A stretch of DNA of 64,000 nt from Methyloceanibacter sp. (GCA_050728375.1 JBOHJE010000185.1:3347-67346); one strand, 5' to 3'. Positions 27,375 through 38,527 are shown, numbered from the stretch's first letter. Notes: generated from the letters alone by a model not told the origin. A program made the numbers and translations.

Positions 27375-29555
27375 ATGAGTTTGCCAAAACAGGTTGAGCC
27401 AGCGGAAGCCTCCGAGCGGATGGCCGCTTTCGGGCCGAGTCGCTTCTTCAACCGCGAGCTCTCCTGGCTCAATTTCAACAAGAGGGTGCTGGAGGAGGCC
27501 GAGAACAAGCGCCATCCGCTGCTCGAACGCCTGCGCTTCCTCTCCATCTCCGCCACCAATCTCGACGAATTCTACATGGTCCGCGTGGCCGGTCTGCGCG
27601 GCCAGGTCGTTGCGGGCATCGACTCGCCGAGCCAAGACGGGATGACGCCCGCGGCTCAGCTCGATCGCATCAACCAGTCGGTCGACGAGCTTACCGCACA
27701 GCAGCAGGAAAATTGGGTGACGCTGGAAGCTCTTCTGGCGGAGGCGGGCATCCACGTCCTGCACGCCGACCAGCTCACCGACCAGGAGCGCAGCTGGCTC
27801 GAGGAGCATTTCCTCAGCCAAATCTTTCCAGTGCTGACGCCGATCGCCGTCGATCCGGCGCATCCATTTCCGTTCATTCCCAATTTCGGCTTCACGCTCG
27901 GGCTCGAGCTGGTGCGCGAAGGCTCGTTACGCCCCATGCACGCGCTCTTGCCGATCCCCTCTCAGCTCGCCCGCTTCATCCGGCTGCCCGGCGAAGCCGG
28001 GGCCAAAGAGGTCATCCGCTTCATCCGGCTGGAAACCGTGGTCGCGATCTTCGTGTCGAGGGTTTTCCCAGGCTATCGCGTCAGGAGCCAGGGCGCGTTT
28101 CGCGTCGTTCGGGACAGCGACATCGAGGTGCAGGAAGAGGCCGAAGATCTCGTGCGTCTCTTCGAGTCGGCGTTGAAGCGGAGAAAGCGCGGCTCGGTCA
28201 TCAGGCTGGAAATGGAGGCGACGATGCCGTCGCGTCTCCAGCGTTTCGTGATGAAGGAGCTCAACGTCACCGAGCGTGAGAGCTTCGTGCAGAAGGGCCT
28301 GATCGGACTCGCCGACACCACTCAACTCATCGTCGGCGACCGGCCAGACCTCAAATTCCAGCCTTTCGTCAGCCGCTTCCCGGAGCGTATTCGCGAGCAT
28401 CATGGCGATTGCTTCGCCGCGATCGCCAAGAAGGACATCGTAGTCCACCACCCATACGAATCTTTCGATGTGGTTCTCCAGTTCCTGAAGCAGGCGGCAG
28501 CGGATCCCGACGTGGTGGCGATCAAATGGACGCTCTACCGCACAGCCAAGACCTCGCCCATCATCGAGGTTCTCAAGGAGGCCGCCGAGGCCGGCAAGTC
28601 GGTGACTGCCGTGATCGAGCTCAAGGCGCGCTTCGACGAAGAGGCCAATATCAAATGGGCCCGCGATCTGGAAAGCGCGGGCGTCCAGGTGGTTTACGGG
28701 TTCCTCGAGCTGAAAACGCACGCCAAGCTCAGCCTCATCGTGCGGCGCGAGCGGGGCGAGCTCGCCACCTACTGCCATGTCGGCACCGGCAACTACCACC
28801 AGGTCACGGCGAAGATTTACACCGACCTGTCGTTCTTCACCGCCAGTACGGTCATCGGCCACGACCTGTCCCGCATCTTCAACTATGTCACGGGCTATGC
28901 CGAGCCGGCCGAGCTCGAGCTCATGGCGGTCTCGCCACATGGCATCAGGGCGCGCATCCTCGACCACATTCGCGAGGAGATGTACCACGCCAGGGCGGGT
29001 CGTCCGGCCGCGATCTGGATGAAAATGAATTCGCTCGTGGACGCCGAGATCATTGATGCGCTCTACGAGGCAGGCCAGGCGGGAGTCGAGATCGATCTCG
29101 TCGTGCGTGGGATTTGCTGCCTCCGGCCCGGCGTTCCGGGCCTGTCCGAGAATATCGACGTGAAAAGCATCGTCGGGCGCTTCCTGGAGCACGCCCGCAT
29201 CTATTGCTTCGGCAGCGGCCACGGGCTTCCGCATCGCAAGGCAGTGGTTTATATCAGCTCCGCCGACATGATGCCGCGCAACCTGGACCGCCGTGTGGAA
29301 GTTATGACCCCGATCAAGAACCCCACGGTGCACGAGCAGATTCTCGACCAGATCATGGTGGCGAACCTCAAGGACAATCTACAGAGCTGGCGGGTCTGTC
29401 CGGACGGAAGCTCCGTTCGAATCCAGCCGGCAGAGGGACAGGAACCCTTCAGCGCTCAGGATTATTTCATGACCAATCCGAGCCTGTCCGGGCGCGGTAC
29501 GGCTCTGACCGAAAGCATGCCCACGCGCTTTACGCGCTTGGTCGAAACCGGCTGA
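27375..29555 (+). CDS. ppk: polyphosphate kinase 1
   Basis: 726 aa. [50 protein letters not shown]... plus two PLD-like HKD regions. Confidence 0.95.
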   Translation: MSLPKQVEPAEASERMAAFGPSRFFNRELSWLNFNKRVLEEAENKRHPLLERLRFLSISATNLDEFYMVRVAGLRGQVVAGIDSPSQDGMTPAAQLDRINQSVDELTAQQQENWVTLEALLAEAGIHVLHADQLTDQERSWLEEHFLSQIFPVLTPIAVDPAHPFPFIPNFGFTLGLELVREGSLRPMHALLPIPSQLARFIRLPGEAGAKEVIRFIRLETVVAIFVSRVFPGYRVRSQGAFRVVRDSDIEVQEEAEDLVRLFESALKRRKRGSVIRLEMEATMPSRLQRFVMKELNVTERESFVQKGLIGLADTTQLIVGDRPDLKFQPFVSRFPERIREHHGDCFAAIAKKDIVVHHPYESFDVVLQFLKQAAADPDVVAIKWTLYRTAKTSPIIEVLKEAAEAGKSVTAVIELKARFDEEANIKWARDLESAGVQVVYGFLELKTHAKLSLIVRRERGELATYCHVGTGNYHQVTAKIYTDLSFFTASTVIGHDLSRIFNYVTGYAEPAELELMAVSPHGIRARILDHIREEMYHARAGRPAAIWMKMNSLVDAEIIDALYEAGQAGVEIDLVVRGICCLRPGVPGLSENIDVKSIVGRFLEHARIYCFGSGHGLPHRKAVVYISSADMMPRNLDRRVEVMTPIKNPTVHEQILDQIMVANLKDNLQSWRVCPDGSSVRIQPAEGQEPFSAQDYFMTNPSLSGRGTALTESMPTRFTRLVETG

Positions 29556-29568
29556 TACCGCTCTCGCT

Positions 29569-31086
29569 ATGGCCTTCAGCAACGCTTCAGTCCCTGTCGC
29601 TGTCGTCGATATCGGGTCCAACTCGGTGCGCCTCATCGTCTACGAGAGCGCGGGGCGGGCACCCGCTCCCGTGTTCAACGAAAAGGTGTTGTGCGGGCTC
29701 GGCCGAACGCTGGCTTCGACCGGCAGGCTCGCCGCCGACGCCGTGGCGCGCGCGCTCAGGGCGCTCCGGCGGTTCCGCGCTCTCCTGGAGCAACTCGAAG
29801 TCCACCATGTCGAGGTCATCGCCACTGCGGCGGCGCGCGAGGCCGAGAATGGCCCCGAATTCATCGCGCAGGCCGAGCGCATCCTCGGCCGGGAGGTTAC
29901 CGTTCTCACGGGGACCAGAGAGGCCAAACTCGCCGCGCTCGGCGTCGTCTCCGGCATCCACGCGGCGGACGGCTTTGCCGGCGATCTCGGCGGCGGCAGC
30001 CTGGAGCTGATCGACGTCAGGGGGGGCAGGCTCTCGGACGCCGTCACTCTGCCGCTCGGCGGCTTGCGGCTGATCGATGCCTCCGGCGGCAACCTCAAGA
30101 AGGCGCGCGGCATCGTCGATGCCGAGTTCGAGAAGGTCGACTGGCTGGAGAAGGGAAGGGGCCGCGACTTCTACGCGATCGGCGGCACGTGGCGGGCGTT
30201 GGCGCGGCTCCATATGACGCAGACCCACTATCCCTTGAGCGTCATGCACAATTACAAGATCAACGCCGACGACGCGCTGAAATTCGCGGCGCTGCTCGAT
30301 CTCCAATCGCAAAGCTCCCTCGCCGGCATCCGCGACATCTCGAGCGCGAGACGCGAGACGGTCCCTTACGGGGCTCTCGTGCTCGAACGCTTGATCAAGC
30401 AGATAAAGCCGCGGTCTGTTGTCGTCTCGGTTCTCGGCATTCGCGAAGGGCTGCTGTACAGCCTTCTCAGCGATGAGGAGCGGGTGAAGGACCCGTTGCT
30501 GGAAGCCTGCTCCGACCTTGCACGGCAGCGCTCCCGCTCGCTCGAGAACGCCTATGAGCTTTGCGACTGGACCGATGCGCTGTTCCGCGCGCCAGGCCCC
30601 GTGGAGACGCCCGAGCAGAGGAGGCTCCGCCACGCCGCCTGCCTCCTGTCCGACATCGGCTGGCGCGCGCATCCCGACTACCGCGGCATTCAGAGCTTGA
30701 ACCTCGTAGCCCACGGCGATTTCGTCGGCGTCGATCATCCGGGACGCGCCTTCCTCGCGCTCACCGTCTATTACCGTAATGAGGGACTCGTCAAAGACGA
30801 GCTCAGTAAGAAGCTGATCGAGTTGGTCGACAAGGACTCGCTGAGGCGGGCGCGGATACTGGGCGCGGCCTTCCGCGCGGCCCACATGGTGTCTGCGGCG
30901 ATGCCCGGCGTGCTGCCCAAAACGCCGCTCTCCTATGAAGGCAATCGGCTCGTCTGGACGCTGCCGGACCCGTATTCAAATCTGGAAGGCGAGCGGGTAG
31001 AACGCCGCTTTAAGGACCTCGCGAACCTGCTCGACCGCGAGCCCGAGATCCGCGTCGGCTTAGCCTTCGTGCTCGCGGCGAGCTGA
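29569..31086 (+). CDS. ppx: exopolyphosphatase (Ppx/GppA family)
   Basis: VAVVDIGSNSVRLIVYE...ATAAAREAENG...GDLGGGSLEL. Confidence 0.92.
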   Translation: MAFSNASVPVAVVDIGSNSVRLIVYESAGRAPAPVFNEKVLCGLGRTLASTGRLAADAVARALRALRRFRALLEQLEVHHVEVIATAAAREAENGPEFIAQAERILGREVTVLTGTREAKLAALGVVSGIHAADGFAGDLGGGSLELIDVRGGRLSDAVTLPLGGLRLIDASGGNLKKARGIVDAEFEKVDWLEKGRGRDFYAIGGTWRALARLHMTQTHYPLSVMHNYKINADDALKFAALLDLQSQSSLAGIRDISSARRETVPYGALVLERLIKQIKPRSVVVSVLGIREGLLYSLLSDEERVKDPLLEACSDLARQRSRSLENAYELCDWTDALFRAPGPVETPEQRRLRHAACLLSDIGWRAHPDYRGIQSLNLVAHGDFVGVDHPGRAFLALTVYYRNEGLVKDELSKKLIELVDKDSLRRARILGAAFRAAHMVSAAMPGVLPKTPLSYEGNRLVWTLPDPYSNLEGERVERRFKDLANLLDREPEIRVGLAFVLAAS

Positions 31087-31246
31087 GCCCGTAACTTGCT
31101 GGACGAGCGTCCCATTCCCAATTCATTGCGTCGTACCGGCGCAAGCCGGTATCCAGCAGAAGATAGTCGGTGATTCTCGATTGGATTCCGCTTCCGCCGG
31201 AATGACGAAGTGTGGCAAACCGGAGACTCCAGAGCCTCGATCCTAA

Positions 31247-32176
31247 ATGGCAGAAGATCTTTATTCCCTCCTTGGCGTGTCGCGCACCGCAAGCGCAAAC
31301 GACATCGCCAAGGCCTACCGTAAGCTGGCCAAGAAGCTGCATCCGGATCTCAATCCCGGGGACAAGGCGGCAGAGGAGAAGTTCAAACAGATCTCGCACG
31401 CCTATTCGATCCTCAACGACGAGGAGAAGCGCGGGCAATATGACCGCGGCGAGATCGATGCGAGCGGTCAGGAGCGGCCTCAGCAGCATTATTATCGGGA
31501 ATATGCCGGCGGGCAGGACGGTGCCCGCTATCATTCGGCCTCGGGCTTCGAGGACATCGGCGCGTTCAGCGACTTGTTCGGCGATTTGTTCGGTGAGGGC
31601 GGCGCCAAGCGCGGTGGCCGCGGCGGTCGCTTCTCCATGCGGGGTCAGGATACCCAATACCGCCTCGACATCCCATTTCTCGATGCGGTGAACGGGACCA
31701 AACAGCGCATCACGCTCCCGGACGGCGGCACCTTGGACGTGACCATTCCATCCGGGGTCACCGAGGGGCAGGTTCTGCGCCTCAAAGGCAAAGGCATGCC
31801 GGGCATGGGGGAGGCACCTCCCGGAGACGCGCTGGTCGAGATCGGCGTGCGGCCTCATCCCGTGTTCAAGCGCGAAGGGAACGACATCGTCGTCGAGTTG
31901 CCCATCACCCTCGACGAGGCGGTGCTCGGCGGGAAGGTGGAGGTGCCGACCGTGGGCGGCCGTGTGTCGGCCACCGTGCCGCCAGGGTCGAATACGGGAC
32001 AGACGCTGAGGCTGAAGGGCAGGGGCGTTAAGACGGCGAGCGGCGCCGGCGATCAGCTCGTCAGGCTCAACGTGGTGCTCCCCGATAAGATCGACGACGA
32101 CCTCAAGGCCTTTGCCGAAACGTGGCGGGCGAGCCACGGCTACGATCCGAGGCGGAAGCTCAAGGAGCAGGCTTGA
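31247..32176 (+). CDS. cbpA: DnaJ-class curved-DNA-binding co-chaperone (J domain plus C-terminal domains, no zinc finger)
   Basis: DLYSLLGVSRTASANDIAKAYRKLAKKLHPDLNPGDKAAEEKF. DnaJ CTD I/II are present but the CxxCxGxG repeats are absent. Confidence 0.85.
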   Translation: MAEDLYSLLGVSRTASANDIAKAYRKLAKKLHPDLNPGDKAAEEKFKQISHAYSILNDEEKRGQYDRGEIDASGQERPQQHYYREYAGGQDGARYHSASGFEDIGAFSDLFGDLFGEGGAKRGGRGGRFSMRGQDTQYRLDIPFLDAVNGTKQRITLPDGGTLDVTIPSGVTEGQVLRLKGKGMPGMGEAPPGDALVEIGVRPHPVFKREGNDIVVELPITLDEAVLGGKVEVPTVGGRVSATVPPGSNTGQTLRLKGRGVKTASGAGDQLVRLNVVLPDKIDDDLKAFAETWRASHGYDPRRKLKEQA

Positions 32177-32508
32177 TGTTGAGCGAGCGCGACGTCGTTG
32201 CCCGCGTGCAGCACCTGACGGTCACGCGGCTTAGGGTGTGGGTCAGCCAGGGCTGGATCAAGCCGGCCGACGCACGGGCCCAAGCCTTTTCCGAGGCGGA
32301 CCTCGCGCGCGCTTTGCTCATTTGCAATCTCGAGGACGAGCTCGGCTTTGCCGAGGAGGACGTGCCGGTCCTGCTTAATCTCATCGACCAGATCCATGGA
32401 CTGCGATCGGAATTGAGGGGCTTGCTGGAAGTGCTGGACGAGCTTCCGGAGGACGTTCGGGCAACGGTCAGAATGCGCATCACCAAGCGGCGCGAGAGCG
32501 GCCCGTGA
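32176..32508 (+). CDS. cbpM: chaperone modulator CbpM-like (MerR-type fold)
   Basis: 110-aa ORF whose ATG overlaps the cbpA stop (TGATG). Its position and size are typical for cbpM. Confidence 0.6.
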   Translation: MLSERDVVARVQHLTVTRLRVWVSQGWIKPADARAQAFSEADLARALLICNLEDELGFAEEDVPVLLNLIDQIHGLRSELRGLLEVLDELPEDVRATVRMRITKRRESGP

Positions 32509-32524
32509 GTCGCAGTCTCTGCTG

Positions 32525-33709
32525 TTAAGCCTCGCCCTTTGGCTCTCCGGCCGGTAGCTGCTCCGGGGGAAGCACCGTCACCTCACCCTCTCTGATGATC
32601 AGCGCAAGTTCGCCACGCTTCAGCGCGAGAGCGTCGTCGCCGAACAGCTTCTTGCGCCACCCGCGCAAGACAGGCGTGTCCTCACCATTGGAACGGGCGA
32701 TCTCTTCGAGCTCGTCGCTGGTGGCGATCAATTTTGGCGCGACGCCATGCTTGACGGCGGTCGCCTTCAAGAGGACGCGGAGCAAATCGACGACTGCTTG
32801 CGCCTCCGGTGGCATGGGCTGACCGCGTTCGATCGGCGGAACGGTCTTGAGATCGCGCTCCAGGCCGCGGGCCACGGCTTCCAGCACGGCGCGCCCCCGC
32901 ACGGAGCGGGCGAAGCCGTTATGCAGGCTGCGGAGCGAGCCGAGATCCTCAATCGACCGTGGCGTCTGGCCGGCGATGTCGTAAAGCGCCTCGTCCTTGA
33001 GGATGCGGCCGCGCGGCACGTCCTGGGCCTGCGCCTCACGCTCGCGCCAGGCCGCAAGCTCCATCAGGACGGCAAGCGCCTTCGGTGTCTTGATGCGCAT
33101 CTTGAGGCGCTTCCACGCATGCTCGGGGTGGAGCTCGTAAGTGGCGGGGTCGGTGAGCACACCCATCTCCTCGTTGAGCCAGCTCGCCCGCTCGGACTGG
33201 TCGAGCTGGGTCTTCAGCTTCGGATAGAGGTCCCGAAGATGGGTGACGTCGCCGAGCGCGTAGGTGAGTTGCCGCTCAGATAGAGGACGCCGACTCCAAT
33301 CGGTGAAGCGGGAGGTCTTGTCGAGATTGCTGTTCAAGAGCCGCTTCACCAGCATCGAGTAGCTCACGGCCTCGCCGAAGCCGCAGACCATGGCCGCGAC
33401 CTGGGTGTCGAAGATCGGGTAGGGAATGACGCGAGCCAGATGATGCACGATCTCAATATCTTGGCGGGCTGAGTGAAAGACCTTCATCACGCGCTCATCG
33501 ACCATCAGGTCGAAGAAGGGCGTGAGATCGAGGCCGGGAGCCTGGCTGTCGATCAGCACCTCGGTACCTTCTGCCGCGATCTGGATGAGGCACAGGCGCG
33601 GCCAGAAGGTCTGCTCGCGCATGAACTCGGTATCGACCGCGACGAAGGGCGCGGCGGAGAGCCGAGCGCAGACGGCGGCGAGTTCCTCGTTACGGGCGAT
33701 GAGATTCAT
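32525..33709 (-). CDS. rnd: ribonuclease D
   Basis: VAVDTEFMREQTFWPRLCLIQIA...KVFHSARQDIEI...YALGDVTHL (DEDDy exonuclease) plus an HRDC region. I prefer the ATG at 33709. Confidence 0.92.
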   Translation of the reverse strand: MNLIARNEELAAVCARLSAAPFVAVDTEFMREQTFWPRLCLIQIAAEGTEVLIDSQAPGLDLTPFFDLMVDERVMKVFHSARQDIEIVHHLARVIPYPIFDTQVAAMVCGFGEAVSYSMLVKRLLNSNLDKTSRFTDWSRRPLSERQLTYALGDVTHLRDLYPKLKTQLDQSERASWLNEEMGVLTDPATYELHPEHAWKRLKMRIKTPKALAVLMELAAWREREAQAQDVPRGRILKDEALYDIAGQTPRSIEDLGSLRSLHNGFARSVRGRAVLEAVARGLERDLKTVPPIERGQPMPPEAQAVVDLLRVLLKATAVKHGVAPKLIATSDELEEIARSNGEDTPVLRGWRKKLFGDDALALKRGELALIIREGEVTVLPPEQLPAGEPKGEA

Positions 33710-34223
33710 GTGGGCGGATATAGCCCAACGTTTGCCGCGGGGCCAAGAGCGTGAAAGTAACAAACACAAGGAATTGGGGGTTTGATCGCCCTATACGCGA
33801 AACGGAACGGGAGAACACCCTACATCCTTCGGGCTACCGGCGGTGAAACGCGCGGTCCGCGACACCCAAGTCTCGAATCGATCTCACCAAATCCTGAGAA
33901 CCAGCCCATGGCCGCCCGAGGAGAGCGCCTGCGCTATACCCGGCGCCGCATCGTCGGAGGTGAGATGACCGTGGGTCAGAGTCGATACCAAGGAAAACAA
34001 CGTCACGATCGCTGACAGTGTCCACACCTGAAGTGGAACACGGGTCTTGATTGGGATCTTCGTCAATTCAGGACTCCCTCGTTAGTGCTCGATCGAAAAA
34101 CGCGCCCACGACTCGCGAGTTCCTAGACGCTCCTTTAAAACCCGGCAAAATGTCTGCGAGGTTCCGGGAAAATGCAGTGCGGGTCAGTCCGTTACCGGCC
34201 GGCAGGCAATCCTGTCGCAGGGT

Positions 34224-34553
34224 TTATTTCGGCTGAACGCTCTGGTCACCGCCCGGGGTTCCCGGCGGCGGAATGACCGGGGTCGTTCCGGGCTCGGGCT
34301 CGGGAGCGGTCGTGTGAATGCCCTCGTCGCCGATTGGCGGAGGATCGATCACCCCTTGGTTTTTCCTCAACTGCTCGCTCAAGGTCTCGTCCTGATTCAC
34401 ACCCGGGACCGGCTTGTTGGCATCGCTATCGGCGGGCGCGCCTTCATCGGCCGCGAGTGTCGGCGGAACAGCAAACGTGCAGAGTATTCCGGTGGCGATG
34501 GACGTAATCCATAGACTTCGGTGCATTCGACTAAGCGTTGCTTTCATGGACAT
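34224..34553 (-). CDS. small secreted Pro-rich hypothetical protein
   Basis: Signal-like MSMKATLSRMHRSLWITSIATGILCTFAVPPTLA. C-terminal GVIDPPPIGD...TPVIPPPGTPGG. GC3-rich codons. Confidence 0.55.
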   Translation of the reverse strand: MSMKATLSRMHRSLWITSIATGILCTFAVPPTLAADEGAPADSDANKPVPGVNQDETLSEQLRKNQGVIDPPPIGDEGIHTTAPEPEPGTTPVIPPPGTPGGDQSVQPK

Positions 34554-34733
34554 GGCTACGCTGTCCTCTCTGCGCATTGGGCTCTTGCAGGGAAAACCCC
34601 TCTAAGGCACGGCTCGTTCCCGGCGCGGACGCCTTCGCGGGGGCGCTTGCCTTGACAAAAGCGGACTTCCCGTGCGCTTTTCCGCGGCACTTGGACCAGC
34701 CTTCCCCTTTCAATCGAGCAGCGTTTTCAAGCC

Positions 34734-36602
34734 ATGCACGCTTATCGCACCCACACTTGCGGCACACTCCGCAGCGAGGATGTAGGCAAGACCGTCCGAC
34801 TCTCGGGCTGGGTGCATCGCGTGCGCGATCATGGCGGGCTTCTGTTCATCGACCTCCGCGACCATTACGGCATCACCCAGATCGTCGGCGATCCCAAGTC
34901 GCCGGTCTTCGCCGCGGCTGAGAGGCTGAAGCCCGAATGTGTCGTCCGCATCGACGGCGAGGTCGTGGCGCGCACGGCGGAGACCATCAATTCCAACTTG
35001 CCGACGGGTCAGGTTGAGGTCCGGGCAGTGGACCTGGAGGTGCTGTCGGAATCCGCGGAGCTGCCGCTGCCGGTGTTCGGCGAGCCGGACTATCCGGAGG
35101 AGACGAGGCTCAAATACCGCTTCCTGGATCTGCGGCGCCAGACGCTGCACGACAACATCATAAAGCGTCAGGCGATCATCGGTTCCTTGCGCAACCGCAT
35201 GCGTGAGGCAGGCTTCTTCGAATTCCAGACGCCGATCCTGACTGCTTCGTCGCCCGAAGGCGCGCGCGATTATTTGGTTCCTAGCCGAGTGCATCCCGGC
35301 AAGTTCTACGCGCTGCCGCAGGCACCGCAGCAGTTCAAGCAGCTGATCATGGTGGCGGGCTTCGACCGTTATTTCCAGATCGCGCCCTGCTTCCGCGACG
35401 AGGATGCCCGCGCCGACCGCTCCCCGGGCGAGTTCTATCAGCTCGATCTGGAGATGAGCTTCGTCACGCAAGAAGACGTGTTCGACACGGTTGAACCGAT
35501 CCTGCGCGGCTTGTTCGAGGAGTTCGGCGGCGGCAAGCCGGTCACGCAGAGATTCCCGCGCATTCCTTATGCGGAGGCCATGCGCAAATACGGCACCGAC
35601 AAGCCTGATCTTCGCAATCCGATCGAGATGCAGGACGTGACCGACCAGTTCCGCGGCTCGGGCTTCAAGGTCTTCGCCGGCATGATTGAGATGGACGTGA
35701 ACACGCGCGTCTGGGCGATCCCAGGCAAGCGCGGCGGCTCGCGCGCTGTGTGCGACCGCCTGAACGCGTGGGCGCAAGGGGAGGGGCAGCCGGGCCTCGG
35801 TTACATCTTCTTCCGTCGTGAAGGCACCGCCGTCGATGACAAATTGCTGTCGGAGGATGAGATAAAGGAGCGCCCGCGCGCATCAGGGAAACCAATAGTA
35901 GGCGCCGGACCCATCGCCAAGAATATCGGGCCCGAGCGCACCGAGGCTATCCGCAAACAGTTTGGGCTCGGCGACGGCGACGCCGTATTCTTCGTTGCCG
36001 GGCTGCCTGGAGAGTTCGCCGATTTCGCCGCCCAGGCCCGGCTCAAGATCGGCAATGAGCTCGGGCTAACGCAGAAGGACCGCTTCGACTTTTGCTGGAT
36101 CGTCGATTTTCCGATGTATGAGTGGAACGAGGACGAGGAGAATATCGACTTCTCCCACAATCCCTTCTCAATGCCCCAATGCGATGTAGACACTCTGGAA
36201 TTAGCGCTGCATGGACAGATCGATCCGCTTTCATTGCTCGCCTACCAGTACGACGTCGTGTGCAACGGCGTCGAGCTTTCCTCGGGCGCCATCCGGAACC
36301 ACAAGCCCGAGATCATGGAGAAGGCCTTCGCAATCGCGGGCTATCCGAAGGAGGAGCTGGAGAAGCGCTTCGGCGGCATGTTGCGCGCGCTGCAATACGG
36401 TGCGCCGCCGCATGGCGGCATCGCGCCGGGCATCGACCGCATGGTGATGCTGCTCTGCGGCGAAGAGAATCTGCGCGAGGTCGTCATGTTCCCCATGAAT
36501 CAGCAGGCGGAAGACCTGCTGATGGGGGCGCCCTCTGAAGTCTCCCTTAAGCAGCTCCAGGATCTGCATATCCGGCTCGCCCTGCCGAAGGCCAAAAGCT
36601 GA
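34734..36602 (+). CDS. aspS: aspartate--tRNA ligase
   Basis: [12 protein letters not shown]...[26 protein letters not shown]...[10 protein letters not shown]...[13 protein letters not shown]. Confidence 0.96.
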   Translation: MHAYRTHTCGTLRSEDVGKTVRLSGWVHRVRDHGGLLFIDLRDHYGITQIVGDPKSPVFAAAERLKPECVVRIDGEVVARTAETINSNLPTGQVEVRAVDLEVLSESAELPLPVFGEPDYPEETRLKYRFLDLRRQTLHDNIIKRQAIIGSLRNRMREAGFFEFQTPILTASSPEGARDYLVPSRVHPGKFYALPQAPQQFKQLIMVAGFDRYFQIAPCFRDEDARADRSPGEFYQLDLEMSFVTQEDVFDTVEPILRGLFEEFGGGKPVTQRFPRIPYAEAMRKYGTDKPDLRNPIEMQDVTDQFRGSGFKVFAGMIEMDVNTRVWAIPGKRGGSRAVCDRLNAWAQGEGQPGLGYIFFRREGTAVDDKLLSEDEIKERPRASGKPIVGAGPIAKNIGPERTEAIRKQFGLGDGDAVFFVAGLPGEFADFAAQARLKIGNELGLTQKDRFDFCWIVDFPMYEWNEDEENIDFSHNPFSMPQCDVDTLELALHGQIDPLSLLAYQYDVVCNGVELSSGAIRNHKPEIMEKAFAIAGYPKEELEKRFGGMLRALQYGAPPHGGIAPGIDRMVMLLCGEENLREVVMFPMNQQAEDLLMGAPSEVSLKQLQDLHIRLALPKAKS

Positions 36603-36760
36603 GCCTAACGGACGGAGGGGCTCTGCCCCCGCGCATCAGGTCGCATTGCATTTTTTCCGCCGCTATGGCTCTGTTGGTGGTGGCCCGGCGCGCGGCGAAA
36701 GTCCGATTCATTTCTGCCGCTTGGCCGGGCGCCTTGCCACGGCATTGCAGGATCACAGGT

Positions 36761-37153
36761 ATGCCTAAGCCGTCTCTGCGCCTCGTTCTCGTCTCTACCT
36801 TTCCCGCTTTGGTTGCTGGGGCCGGAAGCGCCCCAGCCGCACTCGACACCACCTATTTCGTCGACGCTTGCGCCGAAGATCCTTTCGTCGCAAACGACGA
36901 GGCCCTGCAAGGCGGGAAGGTCGTCCCCAAGGACTACTGCCGCTGTGTCGCCCGCAAGCTTGAGGCCAGCAAGGCGAGCCAGACCGATTTCGACCTGCTC
37001 ACCATGATCCATGATGGCGACATCGCCGGAGCCTCCAGCGAGGCCCCAAGCTATCCGACGCTCGAGGATCTGATGATCGTCAACGAAGGCTACGAGGACG
37101 CCTGCAAGGAGAGCCTTGGCCTTACCGTCGGTGACGGCCCGGATAAAGAGTGA
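36761..37153 (+). CDS. secreted hypothetical protein (4 Cys)
   Basis: MPKPSLRLVLVSTFPALVAGAGSAPA signal-like N-terminus. GC3-rich. No family recognised. Confidence 0.5.
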   Translation: MPKPSLRLVLVSTFPALVAGAGSAPAALDTTYFVDACAEDPFVANDEALQGGKVVPKDYCRCVARKLEASKASQTDFDLLTMIHDGDIAGASSEAPSYPTLEDLMIVNEGYEDACKESLGLTVGDGPDKE

Positions 37154-37395
37154 GCGGCCAGTGAAACCGATAGGGTGCCCAAGCGCGTTATAGCAGAGTG
37201 GGAGACGGGCGGCCGCGAAGCATTTCTGTCATTTTTACGACAGCCCCATCCTCGGACCCGTTTCTCACTAGAACCAGGCGGACCTTTATGCCGGTGGGAT
37301 GCTTCAATTCACACGAACGCACCGGCCGAACGGATTGACCGTTGGCGGGGAGAGGGGCTCTATCCTGAGTTAGGGGTCGAAAGGACAGAGGGACC

Positions 37396-38457
37396 ATGAC
37401 ATTCGGAGAGCACGTCTTCCTCTATTGCGAGCGGGGAAGCAACGCGGCGCTTCTCGCCGAGCCGGGCAACCTCCTCAGCAATGTGGGCTTTCTCCTCGCC
37501 GCGCTGGTCGCGCTTCAGCTTGTGTTGTGGCGCCCGCGAGAAGAGCAGAGCGCCGACCATTTCCTGCTGGCCGGGCTCGTGTTTCTGATCGGCCTCGGCA
37601 GCATCGCCTTCCATCTCTACGCGGACGAAAGCACGGCGCTCGCCGATGTCGTGCCGATCGGCGTGTTCATGCTCGTCTATCTTGGCTTTGCGCTCAATCG
37701 CTTCCTCGCCGTGCCGCCTGGATTGACGGTGCTGTTGGTGATCGGCATGGCCGCCCTCGTGATGATCGCGGGCCAAGTCCATTGCGGCGAAGGCGCCGTC
37801 GGGTTCGCCGGCCTCGGCCTGGAGGGCGCAAAGCCCTGCCTTAATGGCAGCGCACCCTATTTGCCCGCGCTCGGGGCGCTGATCGTGGTCGGACTGCTGT
37901 TGTTCGAGCGGGGACACAAGGCCGCGCCCTATGTCCTTTGGGCGGCAGCCATCTTCACCGTCTCAGTCATGCTCAGATCCCTCGACATGGCACTGTGCGA
38001 GACCGTGGTGATTGACGGGCGCAAGGTCGGCACCCATTTCCTCTGGCATCTCCTGAACGCCCTGACGCTGTTGCTGCTCTTGCTGGCAAGCCTCAAGACA
38101 GGGGCCACGGTGACCGTCCAGGCCGGGACTGGCACAAAGACGGAGACTGCGGCGGAGGCTTTACCCGTGGCGACGCCGGTGGCGCCGGCGCCGGGCGAGG
38201 CCAAAGCGGGATCCTTGGCCGCGGCCTTGAAGGCGTCGACTGCCGACGAGGCAGCCGGGAAGACCGCAGCGAAACGGGATGATGGGGCGTTAGCGGAAGC
38301 CGAGGAGGAAGAGCACGAGGCGTCCGAGGAGGAACCCGAGCCTGAGGCGTCGGAAGAGGAAGCCGAGGATGAGGCCTCGGAAGAGGAGCCAGAGCCGGCT
38401 CCCAAGGAGAAGCCCGAAGGCAAATCCAAGTCGAAACCATTCTACCCGCCCGCCTAA
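37396..38457 (+). CDS. ceramidase-family (alkaline phytoceramidase-like) membrane protein with acidic E/P-rich tail
   Basis: CERGSNAALLAEPGNLLSNVGFL...SIAFHLY...GTHFLWHLLNAL matches my recollection of the 7-TM ceramidase/hemolysin-III-like motif pattern. The last ~110 aa are low-complexity (EEEEHEASEEEPEPEASEEEAEDEASEEEPEP). Confidence 0.6.
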   Translation: MTFGEHVFLYCERGSNAALLAEPGNLLSNVGFLLAALVALQLVLWRPREEQSADHFLLAGLVFLIGLGSIAFHLYADESTALADVVPIGVFMLVYLGFALNRFLAVPPGLTVLLVIGMAALVMIAGQVHCGEGAVGFAGLGLEGAKPCLNGSAPYLPALGALIVVGLLLFERGHKAAPYVLWAAAIFTVSVMLRSLDMALCETVVIDGRKVGTHFLWHLLNALTLLLLLLASLKTGATVTVQAGTGTKTETAAEALPVATPVAPAPGEAKAGSLAAALKASTADEAAGKTAAKRDDGALAEAEEEEHEASEEEPEPEASEEEAEDEASEEEPEPAPKEKPEGKSKSKPFYPPA

Positions 38458-38527
38458 CGGCGCTATGAATGCTCTCGCATTGGCCTGGCCGACCTTTGGG
38501 CGGGCGTAGGAGAGCGCACGCGCTCAG

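Noticed and set aside
31087-31246. A ROSE-type RNA thermometer or intrinsic terminator in the ppx-cbpA spacer. Hairpins: taccggc-gcaa-gccggta at 31134-31151 and attccg-cttccgc-cggaat at ~31183-31201.
   Set aside because: The hairpins lack a following T-run, so this is not a classical terminator. They do not sequester the cbpA ribosome-binding region, and the ROSE signature near the SD is absent. More likely they are REP-like palindromic units.
33884-34066. A 60-aa minus-strand ORF (TTG start after GAGGGAG, one hydrophobic helix) in the rnd / hypothetical-gene spacer.
   Set aside because: It has a plausible RBS and TM helix. However, its third-position GC is clearly lower than in neighbouring genes, the start is TTG, and I recognise no family. 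That is not enough to call a gene.
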